A stretch of DNA of 32,000 nucleotides from an uncultured Chloroflexia bacterium (GTDB lineage Bacteria > Chloroflexota > Anaerolineae > Anaerolineales > Anaerolineaceae): contig OY969938.1 in the NCBI GenBank assembly GCA_963704755.1, forward strand, positions 3,420,001 through 3,452,000. Direction: 5' to 3'. Both the position numbers and the translations under genes were made by a program. Every line of letters begins with the position of its first letter. The stretch's first letter is position 1. The notes beneath the pieces were generated by a model. That model was not told the DNA's origin, did not search any database, and worked only from the letters and a program-made list of their open reading frames with translations. Below are positions 8,485 through 17,103 of the stretch, one piece after another.

Positions 8485-10170
8485 ATGAATACACCTCCTC
8501 TGACCCGTGAACAACTCGAAGAGCGCCTGTTGGCGCTCCATAAAGCCAGCCTTGAGCTGGTTCAAGAAATATCCCTGGAAACCCTGCTGGAGCAAATCGG
8601 CCAGCTGGCCTGCGAGCAGGTCAAGGCGCGCTACGCTGCGGTAGGGGTGGTGGGGCCTTCCGGTGAGCTCGAATCCTTTATCCCAATTGGCATGACCGCC
8701 CACCAGGTAAAATTGACCGGCCATGCGCCCCAGGGACTGGGTTTGATCGGCGCATTGATGCACACCCGTGATCCGATCCGGCTCACGAACATGAACGCCG
8801 ATCCTCGCAGCGTGGGTGTTCCCAAACACCACCCGGCCATGAAGTCGTTTATGGGCGTGCCGATCTACCAGGGTACCCGCCAGCTCGGCCAGATCTACCT
8901 GACCGATAAGATCGATGCTCCCGAGTTTAGCCAGGACGACGAACTGCTCATCCAGATGTTGGCATCCTATGCGGCGGTGGCGATCACCAATGCCAACATG
9001 TACAAAGAGCTGATCCAGCGCGACAAGATTCTCACCCGCCGCAATGAAAACCTGGCCTTGTTGAACGAGCTGGCATCCATCCTGGCCACATCGTCGGATA
9101 TCGATCAAATCCTCGATAAAGCTCTGACCCAGGTGTTGGATTACCTGCAACTGGACGTCGGTGAGGTTTACCTGCGCCTGGAAAACAGCCGCCATCTCAA
9201 AATGGTCCTGCACCGCGGCCAGCAGGTGGACGCCATCTGGAACCGAGAGCAATATAACCTGGGAGAGGGTGTGATCGGCAAAGTGGCCAAGTCCAACCAA
9301 TCCCAATTGATCCCGTTCAAAGACTTTGCCGAGATCGATTTGAACCCGGATGTGACCAATGGCAATATCCATGAGATCGCCTGCCTGCCGATCAGCGGCC
9401 GGCGCGGTTCTTTAGGCGTGATGTGTGTGGCCTCGCGCCACCCGCGCGGGTTGGACGAACTGGAGATTCAATTCCTGTCCACCATCGGCACGTGGGTGGG
9501 TACGGCCATCGAAAACCTGCGCCTGAACCTGCAAGGCCAGCGCCTGGCCGTGCTGGAAGAACGCGAACGGATCGGCATGGATCTGCACGATGGCATCATC
9601 CAGTCGATTTACGCCGTCGGGTTGACCCTGGAACACGCCCGCTTGCTGGTCAAAGAGGATCCCCAGGGGATGGTCCAGCGCATCGAGCAGTCCATTTCTG
9701 ATTTAAACAGCACGATCCGCGATATCCGCGCCTATATCCTCGACCTGCGTCCGCGCCAGTTACAAAACGAAAATTTGATGCAGGGTGTGCGCCGGTTGGC
9801 GCTGGAATTCCGCGCCAATACGCTGCTGAGCGTCAACCTGCAGGGACCGGAAAACGAGCTGGCCAGCCTGCCGGATGCCCAGGCAATCGCCCTGTTCCAT
9901 ATTTGCCAGGAAGCCCTGGCCAACATCGCCAAACATGCCCGGGCGCGCACCGTCAGTGTGACTCTCTGGCAGGCTTCCGACCGGGCCCTGCTCGAAGTGA
10001 CCGATGATGGGCGGGGTTTCGACCCTGAAAAAATGCAACTGACCATCGGGCACGGCCTTTCGAACATGTACACGCGCGCGCGCAATGTCGGCGGAGACGT
10101 GGATATTACTTCCGAACCGGATTCGGGTACGACTATTTTAGCCTGGGTGCCTTTTTCTGATGAAGACTGA
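8485..10170 (+). CDS. Sensor histidine kinase with two GAF-like domains, HisKA_3 and HATPase_c
   Basis: It has the HisKA_3 H-box ERERIGMDLHDGIIQSIY. N/G boxes are present (EALANIAKHA, DDGRGF, GHGLSNM). There is no TM segment, so it is probably cytoplasmic. Confidence 0.9.
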   Translation: MNTPPLTREQLEERLLALHKASLELVQEISLETLLEQIGQLACEQVKARYAAVGVVGPSGELESFIPIGMTAHQVKLTGHAPQGLGLIGALMHTRDPIRLTNMNADPRSVGVPKHHPAMKSFMGVPIYQGTRQLGQIYLTDKIDAPEFSQDDELLIQMLASYAAVAITNANMYKELIQRDKILTRRNENLALLNELASILATSSDIDQILDKALTQVLDYLQLDVGEVYLRLENSRHLKMVLHRGQQVDAIWNREQYNLGEGVIGKVAKSNQSQLIPFKDFAEIDLNPDVTNGNIHEIACLPISGRRGSLGVMCVASRHPRGLDELEIQFLSTIGTWVGTAIENLRLNLQGQRLAVLEERERIGMDLHDGIIQSIYAVGLTLEHARLLVKEDPQGMVQRIEQSISDLNSTIRDIRAYILDLRPRQLQNENLMQGVRRLALEFRANTLLSVNLQGPENELASLPDAQAIALFHICQEALANIAKHARARTVSVTLWQASDRALLEVTDDGRGFDPEKMQLTIGHGLSNMYTRARNVGGDVDITSEPDSGTTILAWVPFSDED

Positions 10171-10882
10171 CCTTCCATCCGGCGATAAAGCCGGGTATGT
10201 ACAGGGCGTATTCACGCGCATCGCCCCGCGTTACGATTTGATGAACCGCTTGATGACCGGCGGGCAGGACGTGGCCTGGCGCCGGGAAGTGATCCGGCGG
10301 GCCCAATTGGCCCCGGGTGAACGCCTGCTCGACCTGGGCGCCGGCACCGGTGACCTGGCTCGGGAAGCTTTACGCGCCCAACCGGAATGCCAGGTGGTGG
10401 CCGCCGACTTTACCCTGGGAATGATGCAGGCCGGCCAGAAACGGCCAGGCGCAGCCCTGGACTGGTCCAGCGCCGATGCGCTGCACCTGCCGTTCCCCGA
10501 CCAGAGTTTCGATGCTATCGTTTCGGGCTTCCTGCTGCGCAACGTCAGCGACCTGCCCCTGGCCTTAGCCGAACAATACCGGGTGCTCAAACCGGGTGGG
10601 CGCATGGTCGCCCTGGATACCACCCGTCCGCCGGAACATTCGATCCTGACGCCTTTTATCCGCTTCCATATGCGCAAAATCATCCCCTGGATGGGCACGC
10701 TCATTTCCGGCCAGCGGGATGCCTATTTGTACCTGCCCAGTTCCAGCGAGGCCTTCCTGACGGCCGAAAGGCTGGCCGCTACCATGGCTGCGGTGAACTT
10801 TCGCCAGGTGGTCTTTGTGCGCCGGATGGGCGGCACGATCGCCATCCACTGGGGACGCAAACCGGCCGAGCCCGGGCCGTAA
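10160..10882 (+). CDS. menG: UbiE/MenG-family demethylmenaquinone/ubiquinone C-methyltransferase
   Basis: VFTRIAPRYDLMNRLMTGGQDVAWRRE is the characteristic UbiE/MenG N-terminal motif. LDLGAGTGD is the SAM-binding motif. The ATG at 10160 overlaps the kinase stop (10168-10170). Confidence 0.85.
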   Translation: MKTDLPSGDKAGYVQGVFTRIAPRYDLMNRLMTGGQDVAWRREVIRRAQLAPGERLLDLGAGTGDLAREALRAQPECQVVAADFTLGMMQAGQKRPGAALDWSSADALHLPFPDQSFDAIVSGFLLRNVSDLPLALAEQYRVLKPGGRMVALDTTRPPEHSILTPFIRFHMRKIIPWMGTLISGQRDAYLYLPSSSEAFLTAERLAATMAAVNFRQVVFVRRMGGTIAIHWGRKPAEPGP

Positions 10883-10892
10883 GGGGGAATAT

Positions 10893-11408
10893 AAACCACG
10901 GAGGCACGGAGTTCACGGAGAAAAGAAAGAGAAGAAGAGAGACTATTTTAAAAACGCCTCGTCGTAGGGTGCGTTTGAGGGCTGACTTCCCTGGCAATGG
11001 CGAACCATCAGGCTATATGCCCACATCGCCGTGCCCGGAATGCACCATCGCGGCGCTGACTTTACAAATAAAATACGGAAGCACGGAGAAAATTTTCTAG
11101 AAGAACAATGCCATAGGGTGGGTGCAGGGTTCATTTATGACGCCGGCAACCTGCACACAGGCAAGGCCTACGAAACCTTGCCCGTACCCCACCATCTTGA
11201 CATCTCGGTGGGTTACGGGCAATTCCCGGGTTGGGACACCTGCTCTTTGTTCGCGAGCGTTGCTGATGAGCCCTGCACCCACCCTACAGCGCTGCGGTAA
11301 ATTTTCCTGGCCGGCCGATCCGCTTTGGGCTAGTTTTTTGGACAGTAATTTCTCTTTGTGTTTCTTATTTAAAAACTCTTCTCCGTGAACTCCGTGCCTC
11401 CGTGGTTT
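10893..11408. repeat. Composite palindromic element bounded by perfect 30-bp inverted repeats made of CACGGAG units
   Basis: I checked base by base that 10893-10922 (aaaccacggaggcacggagttcacggagaa) is the exact reverse complement of 11379-11408. More CTC(C/T)G(C/T)G units follow at 11415-11438, and an internal CACGGAG lies at 11071-11077. Confidence 0.85.
11113..11287. repeat. Internal inverted-repeat pair with (G/A)TAGGGTG heads (REPIN-like)
   Basis: ATAGGGTGGGTGCAGGGTTCAT (11113-11134) matches the reverse complement of 11266-11287 (GTAGGGTGGGTGCAGGGCTCAT) at 20 of 22 positions. The interior contains further stems, for example GGCAAGG/CCTTGCC and TTGCCCGTACCCCACC...GGTGGGTTACGGGCAA. Confidence 0.8.
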
Positions 11409-11489
11409 TATCTTCTCCGCGTCCTCTGCGTCTCTGCGGTGAAATTAAATACCCACAATTAACCAAAAAGTTTGCCTAATCGAGACAGC

Positions 11490-13439
11490 CTATCCCTGCT
11501 TATCGAGCAGCTTCAATGCGCCCTTGACCGGGTCACTGCCCTGATAGGTGCCCAGGATGCCGCCGGCGCTGTTCAAGGCCACCACGCCGACGACCTGGTT
11601 GAGGTTTTTTAGCTCGAAGGCCTGGGGCACTTGGCCGTCCCAGTCCGGCAGGATGACCACGTAATCGTTGGCCAGGTTGCCCAATTGGACGGCCTGTTCA
11701 TCGAAGGATTTCTGCAAAACCCGCCTGACGATGGCGCGCAGAAAACCCGGAATGCTGTGCAGGTCCACCACGTTGGCCACCCGCAGTTGCGAGGCGAGCG
11801 GGTATTTTTCCCGTATGGCTGCGTTGGCGGCGCTGGCGGCCTGGATGGTTTTTTGGGTGTGGACCAGCAGGAGCGTACGGACGCCGGGGGCGTATAAATT
11901 GACCTGCCGGCCCGAACTGACTGCCGTCAGGGTAATGGCCGGCGCGACTTTTTCTGCCTGGGGCAAGTCCTCACAAGGGGCGGGCGCCTCCACTGGGGTG
12001 AGCGTCTCCGCCGGTACCGAAATTTCGCGGATGGCTTCTTTACCGGCGGCGGTGACCATGCCCTTTAAAAAGGTAAGCTGCATCTCGCTGTAGGGCGGGA
12101 AACGCAGCGCGGCATCATAAACGGCCGAGCGCTTCAAGAAACTCTTTTTATGCGAGAAGGTGTTGAAGCTTTCCCGGCCATGATAGGCGCCCATGCCGCT
12201 CTGGCCAACCCCGCCGAAGGGGATTTGGGAGAAGGGCTGGTGGCTGATGGTATCGTTCAGGCAGCCGCCCCCAAAAGATACGTTTTGGACCAGCTTTTCC
12301 TGCACCTGCGGGTTCTCGGTAAAGATATACAGGGATAACGGCTTGGGCCGCTGATTGATCTTCTGAATGAGTTCGTCCAGGTCTTCGTAGGCGAGCACCG
12401 GCAGGATCGGCCCGAAGATTTCCTCGGCCATCACCGGGGCTTCCCAGGTGACATCCACCAGCAGGGTGGGGGCGAGGTACAGGCTGGCGCGGTCGTATTG
12501 CCCGCCGGCCAGCACTTTGCCGCTGTCTAAAAGCCCGACCAGGCGGTCGAACTGGGCCGCGTTGACGATCCGTCCCAGGCCCTGGCTCCGCTGCGGGTCT
12601 TCTCCGTAGAATTCGCGCAGGACACCGACCATTTTGTCCAACAGGGCTTCTTTGACCTGGCTGTGCACCAGCAGGTAATCGGGGGCCACGCATGTCTGGC
12701 CGGTGTTGAAAAATTTACCCCACACGATTCTTTTGGCGGCCTTGTCCAGGTCGGCCTCGCGGTCCACGATGCAGGGGCTTTTGCCGCCCAGTTCCAGGGT
12801 CAGCGGAGCCAGGTTTTCAGCCGCGGCCTTCATCACCATTTTGCCGACCGGCACGCTGCCGGTGAAAAAGATGGTGTCGAACGGCTCGTTGATGAGCGTG
12901 CGGGCGGTCTCGCCGGTCACCAGGCGGATGTAGGCCGGGTCGAAGTTTTGACCGATCAGGCTGGCCAGCACCTGAGAGGTCGCCGGGGCCGAGCGCGAGG
13001 GTTTCAACACGCTGCAATTACCGGCGCCGATCGAGCCGATCAGCGGGTTCAGCAGCAGTTGTACCGGGTAGTTCCAGGGAGCGACGATCAGGGCGACTCC
13101 CAGCGGCTCATAATAGGAAAAGGCCTCACCCTGTGGATCGAACATATCCTCGAAGGCTGTGATCTTATGCGGCCGGGCCCATTCGACCAGGTTGCTGCGC
13201 ATCACGTTGATCTCGTCCAGTACGGGCAGAACCTCGCTGCCGTAGGCCTCGAAAGCCGGTTTGTGCAGATCGCTGTGCAGGGCCGCGACGATCTCCTCCT
13301 GCCGGGCGAGGATCGCCTCGGCCAGGATCTTGAGCTGCTCCAGGCGGAAGCGAATGTCTCTGGTTTTTCCGCTGGCGAAAAAGCACTTTTGTTCTTCCAG
13401 GATAGCCGCTGAATTGAGTTCTTGTTGGGTGGTGACCAT
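11490..13439 (-). CDS. Aldehyde dehydrogenase (ALDH3-like, about aa 1-460) fused to a C-terminal domain of about 150 aa, redoxin/thioredoxin-fold-like without cysteines
   Basis: ALDH motifs are present: LELGGKSP (catalytic Glu), FNTGQTCVAPDY (catalytic Cys), EEIFGPILPV. A Pro/Ala linker (aa 461-498) is followed by ITLTAVSSGRQVNLYAPGVRTLLLVHTQKT...VVILPDWDGQV. Confidence 0.85.
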   Translation of the reverse strand: MVTTQQELNSAAILEEQKCFFASGKTRDIRFRLEQLKILAEAILARQEEIVAALHSDLHKPAFEAYGSEVLPVLDEINVMRSNLVEWARPHKITAFEDMFDPQGEAFSYYEPLGVALIVAPWNYPVQLLLNPLIGSIGAGNCSVLKPSRSAPATSQVLASLIGQNFDPAYIRLVTGETARTLINEPFDTIFFTGSVPVGKMVMKAAAENLAPLTLELGGKSPCIVDREADLDKAAKRIVWGKFFNTGQTCVAPDYLLVHSQVKEALLDKMVGVLREFYGEDPQRSQGLGRIVNAAQFDRLVGLLDSGKVLAGGQYDRASLYLAPTLLVDVTWEAPVMAEEIFGPILPVLAYEDLDELIQKINQRPKPLSLYIFTENPQVQEKLVQNVSFGGGCLNDTISHQPFSQIPFGGVGQSGMGAYHGRESFNTFSHKKSFLKRSAVYDAALRFPPYSEMQLTFLKGMVTAAGKEAIREISVPAETLTPVEAPAPCEDLPQAEKVAPAITLTAVSSGRQVNLYAPGVRTLLLVHTQKTIQAASAANAAIREKYPLASQLRVANVVDLHSIPGFLRAIVRRVLQKSFDEQAVQLGNLANDYVVILPDWDGQVPQAFELKNLNQVVGVVALNSAGGILGTYQGSDPVKGALKLLDKQG

Positions 13440-13771
13440 TTGAATTCCTTATGACTTTTAATGGCTGTTACGTTTATCGGGCGTGAACGCAGATTTTGGC
13501 GTGTGTTCTTTATTATCATCCTTAAATTGGGTTTTAATCTGTTGAATGGTTTTTCTATAGCGGCCAAGGAAAATAAAAAAAATCGTAACCTGCTTCCAAA
13601 GCCCTGCCCTGGCAAGTGCAAAGAATCCCCCTTTCATCCTCCTTGCTGAGGCTGTGAAGGACTTTCAGGCCCATCTTCGTGGCATGAAAAAAGAATTTCC
13701 AAGTGATTTTCCACATCCATTCCATTTCGTCTGCTCAATTTTCAACAAATAGCGGTTAGAATTAACCTGCT

Positions 13772-14302
13772 ATGGACTTATCTTCATCCGTTTCATCCGC
13801 TTTTGAGACCGATTTTGCCGTTTCTATTCTCGTCCGTTCGCAAGAGCAGACGGATGCCGAATGGCAGGATTTCAACCAGGGACCGGGGCGTTTTACCATC
13901 CCGGCCGGCTGTGAAGCTGCCTTACGGGTTAAAAACATCGACGACGATGAATTGATCCGCCTGGTGGGCGAGTTACAAGGCTGCCAGGTGATTACCTTTC
14001 TTAACCTGGCAGAAAACCGTAAAATCAGCGACCGGGGGGTGGCTAAACTCGCCAGCTTGACCTGGCTGACTCGCCTGAACCTGTCTTCCTGTACGATTAA
14101 TAGCGCGGCAATCGAATCGCTGATACCATTAAAGAAGCTGATCTATCTCAATTTAAGTTATTGCAATCGTTTGACGGACGAGGCTCTGCGGCCATTGAAG
14201 CGATTTTCGCGCCTGGCCTACCTGGATATCCAGGGCTGCCAGAAAATCACACACGCCGGTGTCCGCCGTTGCGAAAAGCGGGGGTTGACCATTCATCGTT
14301 GA
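13772..14302 (+). CDS. Leucine-rich repeat protein, cysteine-containing (LRR_CC / RNI-like) subtype
   Basis: Repeats such as LNLSYCNRLTDEALRPLKRFSRLAYLDIQGCQKITHAGV fit the C-x2-(I/L)TD CC-type LRR. There is no signal peptide. Confidence 0.75.
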   Translation: MDLSSSVSSAFETDFAVSILVRSQEQTDAEWQDFNQGPGRFTIPAGCEAALRVKNIDDDELIRLVGELQGCQVITFLNLAENRKISDRGVAKLASLTWLTRLNLSSCTINSAAIESLIPLKKLIYLNLSYCNRLTDEALRPLKRFSRLAYLDIQGCQKITHAGVRRCEKRGLTIHR

Positions 14303-14338
14303 TCCAGACTGGGAAATCCAGGCGTCAGGAGGAGTGTT

Positions 14339-16033
14339 ATGCCTTCAGAAGAACTCATTCGTGCTATTTCACTGGCCCGTGCAGGCGAGAAAGATTCGGC
14401 TCGCCACATCCTGTTAAAGATCGTTCAGGAAGAACCGCACAACGAAATGGCCTGGATCTGGCTGGTGGACACCATGCCGACCGATGCCCAGCGCATTTCT
14501 ACTCTCAAACAGTGCCTGCGTAACCTGCCCTCCAGCCAGATCGCCCGCCGGGCGCTGGAGACCATCCTGGCACGCCAACAGTCCGAGAATGAGCCGGGTG
14601 AGGCAGGCGGGGAAACCCCGCCTGCAGAGGAAGCCTCCCCTGGCAGCCGGCCGGGTGCGGGCGAACCATTCGAAAACGCAGCCCCGGCCGAGCCCTTGCC
14701 GGCCGGGAAAACCCCCTTTTCCTCCATTCCACCGGTCGAACCGGCCTCAACGCTCCAGGAGACCGGCCGGCCAGGTGAATCCACCGGCGCCGGGCCAGTT
14801 TCGCGGCCATCTAAGGCCCCGGCGAACCCGCAAAGGACCAATGAGGTCATTGCGGCTTTTCGTAATACGCCGGAGCCTCAGCCGGGCGTGACCGTTTCGG
14901 AGACAACAGAACGACGGACTCACCAACGCCCCGATTTCCGGCGGATTTTGACGGTTGCGGGGTTTACCGTGCTGCTGGTGGCGGTGATTTTCCTGTTAGT
15001 TCTGTATTTGACCAGCCCGATCAGCCCCTTGCAGGCTATAGCCCGGCGGAACGCGGGCGCAGTCCACACGCCTTATCCCACCCAATCCGATCTGTTTTCT
15101 ACCGCAACTCTGGTTCCGGGAGTCACACCAACCTCGGACATTCAGCCGACACCTCTTCCCCCTGGCATCGACCTGGGCGGGAAAACCCCTAACAGCCTGA
15201 TCTGGTCGCCAGATGGCACTTTTTTGGCCGTCGCGAGCGCGAACGGGATCACTTTTTACGATGCCGCCAGCTATAGCCAGTTGGGGTCGATCCTTTCTCA
15301 AGAGCCGATAAAGAATTGCAGCCTTTCTCCGGATATGCAATACCTGGCCTGCGGGGGATCGGTTTTGAATATCTGGAACGTGAGCGATGGCAGCCTGGCG
15401 GCAAGCTACCAGCCCCAGGATGCCGAGGATGAGAGCATCACCGCCCTGGCATTCAGCCCGGCCGGCGACCAGATCGCCCTGGCACTGGACCTGCCCAGCC
15501 CTCAGATCGTTTTCTGGTCGATAGCCGGCAGCGACCTGACCGGCACGGCGATGCCCTTGCAAGTGACGGCCAGCGGGATGGCCTATTCTTCCACGAATTC
15601 CGACCTGGTGGTCGGCCTGGTGGATGGCGAACTGCTGGTTCAAGAGCCCGGCTCCACCGATTTGCAGACGCTCCAGGAAGCGGGCACGGAACTGTCCAAT
15701 ACGCTCCAGTTCGCGGTATCGGGTAACCAGGTTGCTGCGGCCGGCGCGGACCGGCAGGTCACTCTGTTTGCACTGGATTCGGGCCGCCCGATCGGCCAGT
15801 TGGCGGTCGGGGCGAACATCCGTGCGCTGGCCTTTTCTCCGAATGGGAATTTATTAGCTATTGGCCTGGACAATAACCTCACCGACATCTGGCTGATGAG
15901 TTCGACCGGCACCACGAATTCAATTCAAATGATGGACAGCCCGGTGGTTGGCCTGGCGTTTTCTCCGGACGGCGCACAACTTGCCATTGCATACCAGCAG
16001 GGCTATGTGGCCGTCGCACCCACAGGCAACTGA
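14339..16033 (+). CDS. Membrane-anchored protein: TPR-like N-terminal module, Pro-rich linker, one TM helix, beta-propeller (WD40/PD40-like) repeats
   Basis: The TM helix is ILTVAGFTVLLVAVIFLLVLYL. Recurrent (L)AFSP(D/N/A)G...LA repeats are present, about five by eye. Confidence 0.8.
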   Translation: MPSEELIRAISLARAGEKDSARHILLKIVQEEPHNEMAWIWLVDTMPTDAQRISTLKQCLRNLPSSQIARRALETILARQQSENEPGEAGGETPPAEEASPGSRPGAGEPFENAAPAEPLPAGKTPFSSIPPVEPASTLQETGRPGESTGAGPVSRPSKAPANPQRTNEVIAAFRNTPEPQPGVTVSETTERRTHQRPDFRRILTVAGFTVLLVAVIFLLVLYLTSPISPLQAIARRNAGAVHTPYPTQSDLFSTATLVPGVTPTSDIQPTPLPPGIDLGGKTPNSLIWSPDGTFLAVASANGITFYDAASYSQLGSILSQEPIKNCSLSPDMQYLACGGSVLNIWNVSDGSLAASYQPQDAEDESITALAFSPAGDQIALALDLPSPQIVFWSIAGSDLTGTAMPLQVTASGMAYSSTNSDLVVGLVDGELLVQEPGSTDLQTLQEAGTELSNTLQFAVSGNQVAAAGADRQVTLFALDSGRPIGQLAVGANIRALAFSPNGNLLAIGLDNNLTDIWLMSSTGTTNSIQMMDSPVVGLAFSPDGAQLAIAYQQGYVAVAPTGN

Positions 16034-16144
16034 CCAGCCCTGTCCGGGCCCACCCATTCTTCCGGGGTGGCGCCTACCCCAACAGCAGATGTAAGCCTCC
16101 GGGTAACCTTCTATACTGAGTACAACCAGGCGCCGGAAGGAAAT

Positions 16145-16173
16145 TTGCTTCTGCCGGTGCCCTCCGGTATACT
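16145..16173 (+). promoter_or_regulatory. Candidate sigma70-type promoter TTGCTT-17nt-TATACT upstream of the protease gene
   Basis: TTGCTT lies at 16145-16150 and TATACT at 16168-16173. A GGGAGG Shine-Dalgarno lies at 16182-16187 and the ATG at 16194. Confidence 0.4.
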
Positions 16174-16193
16174 CGTCTTGTGGGAGGTATCCT

Positions 16194-17093
16194 ATGGCTG
16201 AAAATCTATTGGCCGCTTTTTCAGAGGGGCTCACGGCCGCTGTAGAAAAAGCGGCTCTTTATACGCTGGGCGTCGACGCCCGCCGGCGCATCCCCGCTTC
16301 GGGGGTGGCCTACGCCGCCGACCTGGTTTTGACTGTCGATCACGCGATAGAGCGTGAGGAGAATATTCAAGTCGCGCTGGCCGACGGCACGGTCCATTCC
16401 GCCAGCCTGGCCGGGCGGGACCCCGGCAGCGACCTGGCGCTGATACGCCTGGACGAGCCGGTTTTGACGCCGGCCGCAGCGCCTGCGGCGGGCGCAAAAG
16501 TTGGCCAGCCGGCTTTGAGCCTGGGCCGGCCCGGAAACGGCGCGGTCGAGGCCGGCTTTGGTGTGATTTCGGCGGTCGGCGGACCGGTACGCACGGCCCG
16601 TGGTGGTCTGCTGAAAGGCTACTACCGCCTGGACCACGTTCCCTACCCTGGGTTTTCGGGTGGCCCGCTGGTGGATGTCGACGGGGGCCTGCTGGGTATC
16701 AACACTTCCGGCCTGGCCATGAACGCGTTCCTGTCGATCCCGGCCGGCCTGGCCTGGGAGACTGCGGCTCTGCTCGAACAGCACGGGCGGGTCAAGCGGG
16801 GCTACCTGGGGGTGCGCAGCCAGCCGGTAAACCTGCCGGAAGGGGCGGCTGCGGCGCTGAGGCGCGATCAAAAATATGGCCTGCTGCTGGTCAACGTGGA
16901 AGATTCCAGCCCGGCCGGGAAGGCCGGCCTGATCGTGGGCGACATTTTGGTGGGAATCGGCGGGCAGCCGGTCGGTGACCCGGATGAACTGATGTCCGCT
17001 TTGAGCGCCGATGTGGCCGGCAAGACGATCAGCGTGGAGGTGTTGCGAGGCGGGCAGCCGCTAACCTTGCCGGTCTCGCTGGGAGAACGCTAG
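16194..17093 (+). CDS. S1C (HtrA/DegP-like) trypsin-fold serine protease with C-terminal PDZ domain
   Basis: Triad contexts are TVDHAIE (His), SDLALIRLD (Asp) and GFSGGPLVD (Ser). A PDZ-like segment is present (GYLGV...GLIVGDILVGIGGQPV). No signal peptide or TM helix is obvious. Confidence 0.85.
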   Translation: MAENLLAAFSEGLTAAVEKAALYTLGVDARRRIPASGVAYAADLVLTVDHAIEREENIQVALADGTVHSASLAGRDPGSDLALIRLDEPVLTPAAAPAAGAKVGQPALSLGRPGNGAVEAGFGVISAVGGPVRTARGGLLKGYYRLDHVPYPGFSGGPLVDVDGGLLGINTSGLAMNAFLSIPAGLAWETAALLEQHGRVKRGYLGVRSQPVNLPEGAAAALRRDQKYGLLLVNVEDSSPAGKAGLIVGDILVGIGGQPVGDPDELMSALSADVAGKTISVEVLRGGQPLTLPVSLGER

Positions 17094-17103
17094 GAGCCGC
17101 CGG

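Noticed and set aside
8398-9372. A 324-aa minus-strand ORF opposite the sensor kinase
   Set aside because: It is antisense to a kinase with clear GAF and HisKA_3 motifs. It has no recognisable motifs, and its composition is a mirror-frame artefact.
10387-11388. ORFs running through the nested palindromic element (10387-11100, 11031-11300, 11122-11388)
   Set aside because: The translations (..HGGTEFTEKRKRR.., ..NSSP) are by-products of the CACGGAG repeats and inverted repeats. There are no start signals, and the composition is not protein-like.
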